Assembly (NCBI GenBank): GCA_002877915.1
Contig: PNJE01000007.1
Location: 1,163 to 65,162, forward strand
DNA length: 64,000 nt
Reading direction: 5' to 3'
Source: Candidatus Aminicenantes bacterium
GTDB taxonomy: Bacteria > Acidobacteriota > Aminicenantia > Aminicenantales > Saccharicenantaceae
Shown here: in pieces, positions 20,397 through 29,846 of the stretch
How positions within the stretch are numbered: position 1 is the stretch's first letter
How the letters are laid out: each line of letters opens with the position of its first letter
Position numbers and translations under genes: made by a program
Notes under the pieces: generated by a model
The model's database searches: none
Told to the model about the DNA's origin: nothing
The model's input: only the letters and a program-made list of their open reading frames with translations

Positions 20397-21611
20397 ATGA
20401 AGAAGCTAAGCGCCCTGGGATTAACAATTTTAATGGTGTTTCTTTTTTTCTCCGTAGCTGGTTCTCAAACTCAGAAATTTAGAGTTCGGGTGGTCAGCGA
20501 ACAAGCTAACATCAGGGTAAAGCCAGACATTAGTAGCGAAATGCTTCTTCAGGTCCCAGAAGGAACAGAATTGGAGGCCGAAAAAAAAGAAGGGGAATGG
20601 TATCTGGTGCTGTTCGAGAAATCAGATGGAACCAGGGGGCAAGGGTATATCCATGAGAGCCTGGTGGAAGTAGTTCCTCAGCCAAAGCCAGTGGTGGCCA
20701 ATCCACCTCGCTCCGAGAAGCCGACACCAAAGGCAACGTCTGAACCAGTCCGAGCCCAAAAAAATGAAGAGTCCAGGCCGGAGGTTAAAGCCCAAAGGAT
20801 AATTCCCCGGACACCCGGTATCGCGGCTATAAAAAGATTATCGTTAAAAGTTTATGGTTTCGGCACTTACATTTCTCCTTCTATGTTGAATCAAGCGGCC
20901 GAGGGAGTAACCGATTATTACCTCGGGGTTCTTAACTACAATGGGAAAGCTAATTTGAGCCCCCTTCATTTTTGCTTTGGCTATGGATTTGATTTGTTCT
21001 ACGAATTTTGGCCTCGCCTGTCACTTGGATTGGGATTCGATTATTTTCAACAATCAAAAGTTAACCCGACAGCTTTTACGGTTGGAAACGTTGATTATTC
21101 AGTTCGAACAGAGATCGGAGTAAAAGATCTACCGTTGAGGATTTCTTTAAGGTATCAGCCGGTAGATCTTTTTTATTTCCAATTAGGAATTGAATATCAT
21201 CTGGCGAAAACTGATTATCATTATTTAATTACTCAACAGGTTGGGAGTCCTTTAGAAAGCTGGGCTTCCTGGAAAGGAACAGCCTCGGGGAAGGCCTGGG
21301 GATGGGTAGAAGCAGCCGGTTATCAGTGGCCATTGACTTCCTGGTTCAGGATTTATATAGAAGGGTCCTACCGTTCGGTGCGGATAAAAAATTTTCATGG
21401 CGATAATATTTACTTGGATTCGGACGGCTGGCAAAATAAAGAATCCGGAGATCTTTATTACTGGCAAGTCCAGGTCTCCCCTAACGTCTCTTATCCGGTG
21501 CTCTTCATTCGGGAAAGGCTCCCCTCAGAGCCGGGGGTAATAAACCCCAGAAAAGCTGATTTAAATTATTCTGGCTTCGGTTTAAGATTTGGATTAGATT
21601 TTAAATTTTAA
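20397..21611 (+). CDS. Hypothetical outer-membrane protein: signal peptide, SH3b-like domain, Pro-rich linker, then a putative beta-barrel ending in Phe
   Basis: N-terminal signal; an RVRVVSEQANIRVKPD...GEWYLV SH3_3-like segment; a PKP-rich linker; a C-terminal half with alternating aromatic/hydrophobic strands and terminal ...GLDFKF. Confidence 0.45.
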   Translation: MKKLSALGLTILMVFLFFSVAGSQTQKFRVRVVSEQANIRVKPDISSEMLLQVPEGTELEAEKKEGEWYLVLFEKSDGTRGQGYIHESLVEVVPQPKPVVANPPRSEKPTPKATSEPVRAQKNEESRPEVKAQRIIPRTPGIAAIKRLSLKVYGFGTYISPSMLNQAAEGVTDYYLGVLNYNGKANLSPLHFCFGYGFDLFYEFWPRLSLGLGFDYFQQSKVNPTAFTVGNVDYSVRTEIGVKDLPLRISLRYQPVDLFYFQLGIEYHLAKTDYHYLITQQVGSPLESWASWKGTASGKAWGWVEAAGYQWPLTSWFRIYIEGSYRSVRIKNFHGDNIYLDSDGWQNKESGDLYYWQVQVSPNVSYPVLFIRERLPSEPGVINPRKADLNYSGFGLRFGLDFKF

Positions 21612-21797
21612 GCTCAAGCCAAATTCTTTTTAAATTTCAAAATTTTCTATTTTTTATCCCTGCCCGTTGATCCATTTTTCAATTCAAGTTTGAGAAAACC
21701 AGATTGCTTTGGCTGGTAGATTTTTTTATAATCGCTAAATAACAATGCCTATTAAAAATATATTTTAGCCTTTAAGAAAAGGCTTTAGGATAAGAAG

Positions 21798-22261
21798 TTG
21801 GCTCAAAGAGAGTTATTCTTAACAAGAATAGGCTTTGTAGCTGCGGCCATTGGGATGGCGGTCGGCACTGGGAATATCTGGCGTTTCCCCCGGATGGCGG
21901 CCCAATACGGAGGCGGGGTTTTTGTCCTCGTCTATGTTCTGGCCTTATTGCTCTGGTCGGCTCCACTGCTAATGGTGGAAATGGTCATCGGCCAAACAAC
22001 CAGGATGGGGCCGATATAAAAATGGGAAAGTGGTGGAGTTTTATCCTTCAATATATATCGCCGTTGCTTTTTCTGGCGATGACTGGTTGGTGGTTTTATC
22101 AGGCAATTGGCTGGGATAAAAAAGCCTGGTGGCATCCTTTCAAGGTTAATTCAATGGGAACCATATTTTCCCAGTGGGTATTATTATTTCTGGCAGTTGT
22201 TTTACTTAACAAGCGCTTAGCACGCTGGATCAAAAATCCGGTGATAGAGGACGAGGAATAA
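21798..22261 (+). pseudogene. Remnant of a neurotransmitter:sodium symporter (NSS/SNF) family transporter; a 73-aa N-terminal stub plus a 79-aa C-terminal stub in different frames, with the 8-10 core TMs missing
   Basis: The stub at 21798-22019 has an AVGLGNIWRFP...GGG.F..Y TM1 signature. The stub at 22022-22261 resembles NSS TM11-12 (WWSFILQYISPLLFL...). Together they are about 150 aa against an expected 450-550. Confidence 0.55.
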
Positions 22262-22262
22262 A

Positions 22263-22358
22263 ATGGATGTTATTCTCTGGATGGTTATAATTCTTGGCCT
22301 TAATTTCGGAGTGCTGGTTTTTTTGCTCTGGCGGTTAGTTAAGAAAAAATCTTCTTGA
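22263..22358 (+). CDS. Unlisted 31-aa single-TM peptide (MDVILWMVIILGLNFGVLVFLLWRLVKKKSS), 1 nt after the NSS C-terminal stub
   Basis: ATG follows the preceding TAA by 1 nt. The peptide has a hydrophobic helix and a Lys-rich tail. It is below the 60-aa cutoff of the ORF track. Confidence 0.25.
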   Translation: MDVILWMVIILGLNFGVLVFLLWRLVKKKSS

Positions 22359-22521
22359 TAATTTCAAAACCAGGCGAAGCGGTATTTAGCTAAACCTGGC
22401 TAGACGAGTTTAAAAAAAAATAATAAAAAATTATATAATCCTAAATAGTTTCACTTCGCTATTTAATATTCCGATCGAGAAAGGCAGAAAAACCTTATTT
22501 CGGTAGGAAGAAAAATTTTTT

Positions 22522-23208
22522 CTATTCTTCGTATTTGTAGCCAACCCCTCGGACGCTCTGTATAAAGTGGCTAAGCTTCCCTAATTTTTCCCTCAGATGT
22601 CGGATGTGGACATCAATTGTTCTCGGAATAACCACCTTTTCCTGGCTCCACAAATAGTCTAGAATCTGGTCGCGGCTAAAAACACGTCCGGGCTTGGAGG
22701 TCAGGAGTTCTAAGATTTTAAACTCCGTTAAGGACAATTCTGCTGGCTTATCTTCTATTTGGACTTCATATTTTTCCGGATCAATAACCAGCTTCCCGCC
22801 GGCCAGGATTTTCCTGGCGGTGCCATTAACCTTGGTTTCCAGGCGCCTTAAAACAGCTTTAATCCGGGCTTCTAATTCTCGCAGGGAAAACGGTTTGGTC
22901 ACATAATCATCTGCCCCAAGCTCGAGGCCGGTTACGCGGTCAACTTCCTGGGAGCGAGCAGTTAACATAATGATGGGGATGGAAGCTTTATCCGGCGCCC
23001 TTTTAAGATAGCGGCAAATCTCCAGGCCGTCGGAGCCCGGAAGCATCAAATCGAGGAGAATCAGGTCGGGTCGGTGGCGGTCAAGGTATTTAAGGAAATT
23101 TTCAGGTTCAGTGAAAGTTTCCACTTTAAATCCAGCCCGGCTGAGATGGGTGCGGACCAGTTCGAGGATATCTTCCTCATCATCAAGCATAGCAATAGTT
23201 TTTGGCAT
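22522..23208 (-). CDS. phoB: OmpR/PhoB-family response regulator (orphan; no histidine kinase adjacent)
   Basis: Receiver domain with a phospho-acceptor Asp context (LILLDLMLPG) and a C-terminal winged-helix (YLWS...RTIDVHI..LR.KL). It lies immediately downstream of pst operon 2. Confidence 0.8.
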   Translation of the reverse strand: MPKTIAMLDDEEDILELVRTHLSRAGFKVETFTEPENFLKYLDRHRPDLILLDLMLPGSDGLEICRYLKRAPDKASIPIIMLTARSQEVDRVTGLELGADDYVTKPFSLRELEARIKAVLRRLETKVNGTARKILAGGKLVIDPEKYEVQIEDKPAELSLTEFKILELLTSKPGRVFSRDQILDYLWSQEKVVIPRTIDVHIRHLREKLGKLSHFIQSVRGVGYKYEE

Positions 23209-23387
23209 TGGTTTTATTTTTCTTATACCTTAAAATAAAACTTAAGTCCATCTGGTCATCTATTTCTGAAAAAATAATTATTGGGTAGCCGATGATTTAA
23301 TCGCCCGACATCTTGAATTTTCCAATTCTCTCTTAAAAGTTCTGGCGTTTTTTATACCAAGGTTATTTTCCCCGATCTGATTTCTCC

Positions 23388-24185
23388 TTAACCGAAACGA
23401 CCGGTTATGTAATCTTCAGTAAGTTTATTTTTAGGGTTGGTAAAAATCTTTTCGGTCCGGTCAAATTCAATAAGCTCTCCCAACCAGAGGAAAGCAGTAA
23501 AATCAGCCACCCGGGCAGCCTGCTGCATATTGTGGGTGACGATGATCACGGTATAATCTTTTTTCAACTGATGGATAAGCTCTTCTACTTTGGCCGTGGC
23601 TATCGGGTCAATAGCGGAACAGGGCTCGTCAAATAGAATTATTTCTGGCTCCACAGCCAGAGCCCGGGCCAGGCACAGCCTTTGTTGCTGCCCCCCAGAA
23701 AGTCTTAAAGCGCTTTGATGAAGACAATCTTTGACTTCATCCCAGAGAGCGGCCTGCTTTAAACTTCTCTCCACAATGGCTTGGATTTCCTCGGATTTCT
23801 TGTGATTCCCAAACCGCAAACCGTAAGCGATATTGTCGAATATGGATTTGGGAAAGGGATTGGGCTTTTGGAAAACCAGACCGACTTTTTTCCTTAAAAC
23901 CACCGGGTCTACATCCGGGTCATAGATGTTTTCTCCATCGAGAATCACCTTTCCCTCAACCCGGGCTTCTGGGATGAGGTCATTCAGGCGGTTTAAAGTG
24001 CGAATCAGGCTTGACTTGCCACACCCGGAAGGACCAATAATAGCGGTAACCTTATTTTCGGGGATGGCCAGATTAATTTTTTTTAGCACCTGTTTTTTCC
24101 CGTAAAATAAATTGAGGTCTTCTATGATTATCTTGGCTTCTGGTGCTGGGATGATTGGAACGGTTTCCATAATTAATGCCTCCAT
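23388..24185 (-). CDS. pstB: Phosphate ABC transporter ATP-binding protein (second copy)
   Basis: GPSGCGKSS Walker A, LSGGQQQR, and PstB motifs. It is only about 55% identical to copy 1, so it is an old paralog. Confidence 0.9.
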   Translation of the reverse strand: MEALIMETVPIIPAPEAKIIIEDLNLFYGKKQVLKKINLAIPENKVTAIIGPSGCGKSSLIRTLNRLNDLIPEARVEGKVILDGENIYDPDVDPVVLRKKVGLVFQKPNPFPKSIFDNIAYGLRFGNHKKSEEIQAIVERSLKQAALWDEVKDCLHQSALRLSGGQQQRLCLARALAVEPEIILFDEPCSAIDPIATAKVEELIHQLKKDYTVIIVTHNMQQAARVADFTAFLWLGELIEFDRTEKIFTNPKNKLTEDYITGRFG

Positions 24186-25057
24186 TTCCTTCTCAACTTG
24201 CCTCTTATGATAATGGCGGTCAAGTTTAAAATTACTACCAGAGCAATCAAAACAAGCGCTGTACCGTAGGCAATCGGTCTAGCTTTATCAATTGCCTGGT
24301 GCTGAGTGGCCATGATGTAAAGATGATAAGGCAAAGCCATGAATTGGTCCCGGAGCGAATGGGGGAGATAAGGCAGATAAAAGGCTGCTCCGGTGAACAT
24401 GATAGGAGCAGTTTCCCCGGCGGCTCTGGATAGCCCTAATATCGCGCCTGTTAATATGCCTGGAATGGCATAGGGCAAAACGTTGGTCCGGATCATTTGC
24501 CACCTGGTGGCTCCGAGAGCCAGCGCGCCTTCCCGGTAGCTATCAGGAATAGCTTTAAGAGCTTCTTCACTGGCGGTGATGGTCCACGGCAGAGTTAAAA
24601 GGCCAAGGGTCAAGCCAGCAGAAAGTATCGAAGTGCCGAATTTGAAGAAATTGACGAAAAGGATAACTCCGAAAAGTCCATAGACGATAGAAGGAACACC
24701 GGCCAGATTTCTGATTGACAACCTGATTAAACGCGTCAGGCGTCCGGGTCTGGCGTATTCATTAAGGTAAATGGCTGCTCCCAGACCAAGGGGAATAGCC
24801 AGAAGGGCAGTAATCATGGTGATTAGGAAGGTCCCGACTATTGCTGGGAATATTCCACCCTCGGTCATACCGTGTCGCGGGGCCTGGGTAAGAAAAGGCC
24901 AGTTTATCGCCTGGTAACCTTTACGGCCGAGGTCATAAAAAAAGTAAAGGATGATTATCAGAACAAGAGAAACCGAAAGTCTGAGAAAAAGAAAACCTAT
25001 TGCCTCTGTCAACTGACTTTTATGGCTGGGCCGGCTCTTTTTGATTGAGGTTTTCAT
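24173..25057 (-). CDS. pstA: Phosphate ABC transporter permease PstA (second copy)
   Basis: EAA-like loop [12 protein letters not shown]; polytopic; operon position. Confidence 0.85.
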   Translation of the reverse strand: MKTSIKKSRPSHKSQLTEAIGFLFLRLSVSLVLIIILYFFYDLGRKGYQAINWPFLTQAPRHGMTEGGIFPAIVGTFLITMITALLAIPLGLGAAIYLNEYARPGRLTRLIRLSIRNLAGVPSIVYGLFGVILFVNFFKFGTSILSAGLTLGLLTLPWTITASEEALKAIPDSYREGALALGATRWQMIRTNVLPYAIPGILTGAILGLSRAAGETAPIMFTGAAFYLPYLPHSLRDQFMALPYHLYIMATQHQAIDKARPIAYGTALVLIALVVILNLTAIIIRGKLRRKWRH

Positions 25058-25959
25058 GATAACATCCTTTTTTGTTTTTCCAGAATGATATCAGCCACTA
25101 AGTTGACTAAAAAGGTCATAATGAACAGCATCAATCCTAAGGCAAAAAGGGCATAATAATGAGTGGTGTAATAAGGAACTTCCCCCAGCTCGATAGCAAT
25201 ATCAGCGGTGATGGTTCTGACCGATTGGAGGAAGCCATGAGGGAAAGCCCGAGCATTTCCAGTGGCCATCAGCACGGTCATGGTTTCACCTATAGCCCTG
25301 CCCATTCCCAACATGAAAGAGGCCACTATTCCAGAGATAGCCGCTGGAATTTTTACCCAGATGAGAGTTTCAAAGCGGTTAGCCCCGAGGGATAGGGAAG
25401 CTTCGACATAAGAAAAAGGTACTGCCGATAAAGCATCTTCGGAAAGGCTAATGATGGTCGGCAAGGCCATAATGGCCAGGAGAAGGCTTCCATTTAAAGC
25501 ATTAAGTCCGTTGCTCAGCTTAAAAATTCTGGCAATGGCCGGACCAACTAGATTTAAACCAATAAAACCTATGACCACTGAAGGAATAGCCGCTAGAAGC
25601 TCAATCACCGGTTTGAGAATTTCTCTAATCTTGGGGCTGGCTACTTCTGATAAATAAGCCGCTACTGCCAGGCCTACGGGGAAGGCCAGGATAAGAGCTC
25701 CAGCGGTCACAAACAAAGTGCTGACTAAGAGGGAGAGAACTCCGTATTCGGGTTTTTCTGGCGAAGTCGGGTCCCAGCGGGTGGAAGTGAAAAATTCTTT
25801 TAAATTAATTTCTTTAAAGGCTGGTACAGCCGTAGAAAGAAGAAGGGCAAGAATGGACAGGAGAATAATAACTGCCAGAAAGCCACTAAGCTGAAAAATA
25901 TGCTGGATTATGTTTTCTTTTAAGTTTTGGAGGGGGCCCTTCTTCTTAATTGAGGCCAT
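25054..25959 (-). CDS. pstC: Phosphate ABC transporter permease PstC (second copy)
   Basis: EAA-like loop EASLSLGANRFET. It overlaps pstA by 4 nt. Confidence 0.85.
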   Translation of the reverse strand: MASIKKKGPLQNLKENIIQHIFQLSGFLAVIILLSILALLLSTAVPAFKEINLKEFFTSTRWDPTSPEKPEYGVLSLLVSTLFVTAGALILAFPVGLAVAAYLSEVASPKIREILKPVIELLAAIPSVVIGFIGLNLVGPAIARIFKLSNGLNALNGSLLLAIMALPTIISLSEDALSAVPFSYVEASLSLGANRFETLIWVKIPAAISGIVASFMLGMGRAIGETMTVLMATGNARAFPHGFLQSVRTITADIAIELGEVPYYTTHYYALFALGLMLFIMTFLVNLVADIILEKQKRMLS

Positions 25960-25972
25960 GATTTATCCTGCT

Positions 25973-26911
25973 TTATTTAAGGTTCTTTTCGTTTTCGGCC
26001 ATCAGCTCTTTACCTATTCGGAAGAAACCTTCTTTTTCCACTATTGATTGGCCTTCTGGACTGAGCTCAAATTTTATAAAGCTGGCGGCCGCTTCTGAAG
26101 GTTTACCGTTGGTTGATTGATACAGTGGGCGAGAAATGGGATAGCGGGCCGAGTAAACAGCTTCTTTATCCAGAGGTGAATATTCAGGTGACCCTTCATC
26201 TTTTTTAATTTTTAATACCTTTAATCCTTTTCTTACCTGACCGCTTTCATCATAAACATAACCTACCCCTATATAACCAATTCCGGCCAGATCCTGGGTA
26301 ATGGCTTCGACAATTTGGGCGTTGCCATTCATTTCCTTGACCTCAGGTGAATAATTCTTGTTGTTGAGAACATGTTCCTGAAGGAAAGCGTAAGTACCGG
26401 AATTGGACTGGCGACCATAAAGAGAGATCTTCTGGTCAGGTCCACCAACCATTTTCCAGTTTTTGATTTCTCCTCGGAAAATAGCCCCCACTTGGGTCAT
26501 AGTAAGTGTGTCCACCGGATTTTTCTCATTGACGACTATACTCAGGGCATCAATGGCTATAGCGAAAATGCGTGCCCTTACTCCTTTTTCATAAGCCAGG
26601 TCCAATTCTTTTGACTTCCACTCTCGGGAATGGTCGGCAATATCGGTGGTGCCGTTGATAAGAGCTGAAATTCCTGTGCCTGAACCGCCCCCGAGAACGG
26701 CGATTGCCTGGCCAGGATATTTCTTCATATATTCTTCCGCCAGCACTTGAACCAGGTTGACCAGCGTATCGGAGCCTTTTATCTGGAGCATTTTTTTCTG
26801 GGCGGCTAGGAGCGGATGAAAAGAGAATAGGGGCAGAATCAACACCAGACCGAAGGCTAAATAACCAGTTAGCCAGGCAGTTAATTTTTTGTTTCTCGAT
26901 TTACTTTTCAT
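25973..26911 (-). CDS. pstS: Phosphate-binding protein PstS (second copy)
   Basis: Signal anchor and PBP-like motifs (GSDTLVNL...GGGSGTGI). Confidence 0.8.
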   Translation of the reverse strand: MKSKSRNKKLTAWLTGYLAFGLVLILPLFSFHPLLAAQKKMLQIKGSDTLVNLVQVLAEEYMKKYPGQAIAVLGGGSGTGISALINGTTDIADHSREWKSKELDLAYEKGVRARIFAIAIDALSIVVNEKNPVDTLTMTQVGAIFRGEIKNWKMVGGPDQKISLYGRQSNSGTYAFLQEHVLNNKNYSPEVKEMNGNAQIVEAITQDLAGIGYIGVGYVYDESGQVRKGLKVLKIKKDEGSPEYSPLDKEAVYSARYPISRPLYQSTNGKPSEAAASFIKFELSPEGQSIVEKEGFFRIGKELMAENEKNLK

Positions 26912-26942
26912 TATTTTTCTCCTTTTCTAATTTTTAAATTTT

Positions 26943-28028
26943 TTAAAAAGCCATAAAAAAGGTCATATTAAATACCAGGTCATTATTTTTAGCTGGGTCA
27001 TTATAGTGATAAAACCAGATATTGGGTTGAAGCCGAAGGCTGCTGTGGATAAGAGCCCAATCGAGGCCGGCTATCGTTAGGTTAATTTCATCCTGAGAGA
27101 TTTTGTTATTTGGATCATACCGGTCAAAACGGGCAAAAACGTTAAGTTTATCCGGGAGCAACACATAGCGACCGAAGATGGAATAACCCGCTCGATTATA
27201 ACGCTGGTCATTAAGCACATTCAGGTCATTACGATAAATAAAATATTCAGCTCCCAGGGTCAGATTTTTGATGGCCTCAAGATAAAGGTCACCCTTGTAA
27301 GTGAGCGCTTTAGCTGTAGCCGTTTGTTTTTCGTAGTCGGCATAACCTACGATTGAGATGCCAGCCACTGGAATTAACTGGATTTGACTCATCAATTTTT
27401 TATACTTATCGCCTTCTGGGTGGCTATAGCCGGCTCCATTGGTCAGCATGACACCATAACGTAACTGCCTGATGATTTTTCCGGTCAAACTTACTCCCAG
27501 ATCGGCGCTATAAGCATCAATGTCTTTGCCGGTAACATCTTTGTAGTTGTCCATAATTTCTTTGGCTACGCTGCGGTATCCCCAGCGATCTTCGGCCATT
27601 TTAAAAGTGATGGTGTCAGTTAAGCCGACTTTTAAATCGGAACTGGGAATAATATCGGTCAGTTGAAAATAAAGATGCTTGAGAAATGGCCTGAATTTAT
27701 CGTCCTTTTTGCCGGCGGCATCAACTGCTTTGACATAATCGCCATCAAAAGTCAACCGGAAGCTCAGTCGATCATTGATTTTATTGTCGTAGCGGAAGTA
27801 AGCCCGGCGAAAAGTGAAAAAATTATTTTTAAAATTCGGATCGCCCTGGGGATTGGTGATCGGACCCTGGTTTGAAAGATAATAGGTGTAGTCTAAATAG
27901 ATGGTAGTGGATAATTTTTGTTGAGCAAACGACTGGCTGGCTGAGATCCAGAGCAGGCCCATTATCATTAGAACAGAAAATGAAAGCCGGCTGATCCAGC
28001 GACCTGAGATTTTCGGACTTAAGTTCAT
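26943..28028 (-). CDS. Outer-membrane porin, phosphate-selective porin O/P-like
   Basis: Cleavable signal (..SFAQQ), about 340 aa beta-rich with alternating residues and a C-terminal ...FFMAF. It is the first gene of pst operon 2. Confidence 0.5.
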   Translation of the reverse strand: MNLSPKISGRWISRLSFSVLMIMGLLWISASQSFAQQKLSTTIYLDYTYYLSNQGPITNPQGDPNFKNNFFTFRRAYFRYDNKINDRLSFRLTFDGDYVKAVDAAGKKDDKFRPFLKHLYFQLTDIIPSSDLKVGLTDTITFKMAEDRWGYRSVAKEIMDNYKDVTGKDIDAYSADLGVSLTGKIIRQLRYGVMLTNGAGYSHPEGDKYKKLMSQIQLIPVAGISIVGYADYEKQTATAKALTYKGDLYLEAIKNLTLGAEYFIYRNDLNVLNDQRYNRAGYSIFGRYVLLPDKLNVFARFDRYDPNNKISQDEINLTIAGLDWALIHSSLRLQPNIWFYHYNDPAKNNDLVFNMTFFMAF

Positions 28029-28055
28029 TTTTCCTCCTGAGTTTTAAATTTTTTC

Positions 28056-28087
28056 CTGGAATCCGTCCGGCGCCAGATGGATTCCAG
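28056..28087. promoter_or_regulatory. Perfect 9-bp inverted repeat CTGGAATCC-n14-GGATTCCAG in the leader of porin-pst operon 2, divergent from purF
   Basis: Located 28-60 nt upstream of the porin start codon. It is not Pho-box-like, which would be direct repeats. Confidence 0.3.
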
Positions 28088-28329
28088 AGTGCTTTCAGGC
28101 TGGAAGTATAATTGGTTAAAATGAAAAAAGGGTGAAGCCAAGGTTAAATTTTGGTTAAAATTTTGGACCGCCGCCTGATCTAGTTAGGCTTTCTTATTTA
28201 TATCGGCCAATAGAATCGATAGACTGAATTTTTCTTTATCTGTCGGCAACTGGAGACAAAGTAATGGCTTTTGATTTAAAAGCCTTAGGGGATTTGCTAT
28301 AATAAAACTTAAATAAGGAAAACTTTTAG

Positions 28330-29811
28330 ATGTGTGGTGTTATCGGTATCTGGGCCAATCGAGAAGTATTTCATGACCTTTACCAGGGGCTGCTTTCTAT
28401 CCAGCATCGAGGGCAGGATGCTGCTGGTATAATCACTTATGATGGCCGATTCCATGAGAAAAAAGGGAGCGGCTTGGTGATGGATATATTTGGGCCGCAG
28501 GAAGCAGCTCAGCTTAAAGGCAATATCGGTATCGGGCACACTCGCTATCCAACCGTTGGCGGCGGGGGCCATGAGGATGCCCAGCCTTTTATGGTTAATT
28601 CTCCGTTTGGTATAATTCTGGCTCACAACGGGAACGTAATTAATTATCGGCAGCTAAAAAAGGAGCTTTTTGAAAAGCATCAGCGTTTGCTTAATTCTGA
28701 TTGCGATGCTGAAGTTATTTTGAACATCTTTGCCCAGGAACTCGAAGAGCAGAGAGTAAATAATCTAACTCCAGAAAGTGTATTTAAGGCAGTGGCTGGA
28801 GTTTATCGCCAGGTTAAGGGCAGCTATGCCACGGTGGCTTATATTGCTGAGCAAGGTCTGCTGGCTTTCCGCGATCCTTATGGAATAAAACCTCTGAGCT
28901 TTGGCCGAAGAAAAGACGGTCTGCTCCCCTCGTATGCTTTTGCTTCGGAAACGGTCAGCCTTAATCTAATGGGATTCGAAGAGATTGAGCATATTGAAGC
29001 CGGAGAAGCCATTTTCATAGACCGTAACCGACAGCTTCACCGCCGAAGAATTATAAAAAGGAAACACACTCCCTGTCTTTTTGAATGGGTTTATTTTGCC
29101 CGCCCAGATTCAGTGATTGACGGAGTGAACGTTTATAAGAGTCGGGTGAATTTAGGCCGCCTGCTGGCCGGAGAGATCAAGAAGAGAAATTTAGAAATTG
29201 ACGTGGTGGTACCGGTTCCGGATTCTGCTCGCGATGCCGCCATTGAGATTGCCCGTAGATTGAAACTCAAATACAGCGAGGCCTTGGTAAAAAACAGATA
29301 CATTGGCCGAACTTTTATTATGCCGGCTGAATCTAAAAGGCAGAGCTCGGTCCGCCAGAAGCTAAATCCAATCTGCTCAGAAATGCAGGGGAAAAAGGTT
29401 TTGCTGGTTGATGATAGTATCGTTCGCGGCAATACTTCGCGGGCCATAGTGGAAATGGTAAGAGAATGTGGGGCGGAAAAAGTCTATTTTGCTTCTTATT
29501 CGCCTCCTCTTCGCTATCCCTGTGTTTACGGAATTGATATGCAGACTAAAACTGAATTTATCGCTCGGGAGGCAGATGAAGAATTGGTAGCCAGACGTAT
29601 CGGAGCTGATCAAGTCATCTATCAGACATTGGCCAATCTGAAAAAAGCCATCAGGATGGAAAATCCCAAGCTTCGATATTTCTGTTCGGCCTGTTTTGAT
29701 GGTAATTATCCAACCGGCGATGTCACTCCAGAGATTCTAAAAGCCATTGAAGAAGAGAGAAAATCTGCCCAGGAAAGCCAGTTAGAGTTAAATATCAAGA
29801 AAACCGGCTAA
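28330..29811 (+). CDS. purF: Amidophosphoribosyltransferase
   Basis: N-terminal MCGVIGI (Cys1 nucleophile) and a PRTase domain with a VDDSIVRGNT PRPP motif. Confidence 0.9.
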   Translation: MCGVIGIWANREVFHDLYQGLLSIQHRGQDAAGIITYDGRFHEKKGSGLVMDIFGPQEAAQLKGNIGIGHTRYPTVGGGGHEDAQPFMVNSPFGIILAHNGNVINYRQLKKELFEKHQRLLNSDCDAEVILNIFAQELEEQRVNNLTPESVFKAVAGVYRQVKGSYATVAYIAEQGLLAFRDPYGIKPLSFGRRKDGLLPSYAFASETVSLNLMGFEEIEHIEAGEAIFIDRNRQLHRRRIIKRKHTPCLFEWVYFARPDSVIDGVNVYKSRVNLGRLLAGEIKKRNLEIDVVVPVPDSARDAAIEIARRLKLKYSEALVKNRYIGRTFIMPAESKRQSSVRQKLNPICSEMQGKKVLLVDDSIVRGNTSRAIVEMVRECGAEKVYFASYSPPLRYPCVYGIDMQTKTEFIAREADEELVARRIGADQVIYQTLANLKKAIRMENPKLRYFCSACFDGNYPTGDVTPEILKAIEEERKSAQESQLELNIKKTG

Positions 29812-29846
29812 GCATCCAATTCTATTGGCTGGCTGATAATTTTTGA

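Noticed and set aside
28309-28626. 105-aa minus-strand ORF overlapping the purF start
   Set aside because: The purF N-terminus (MCGVIGI, Cys1) is unambiguous. The antisense ORF has no support.
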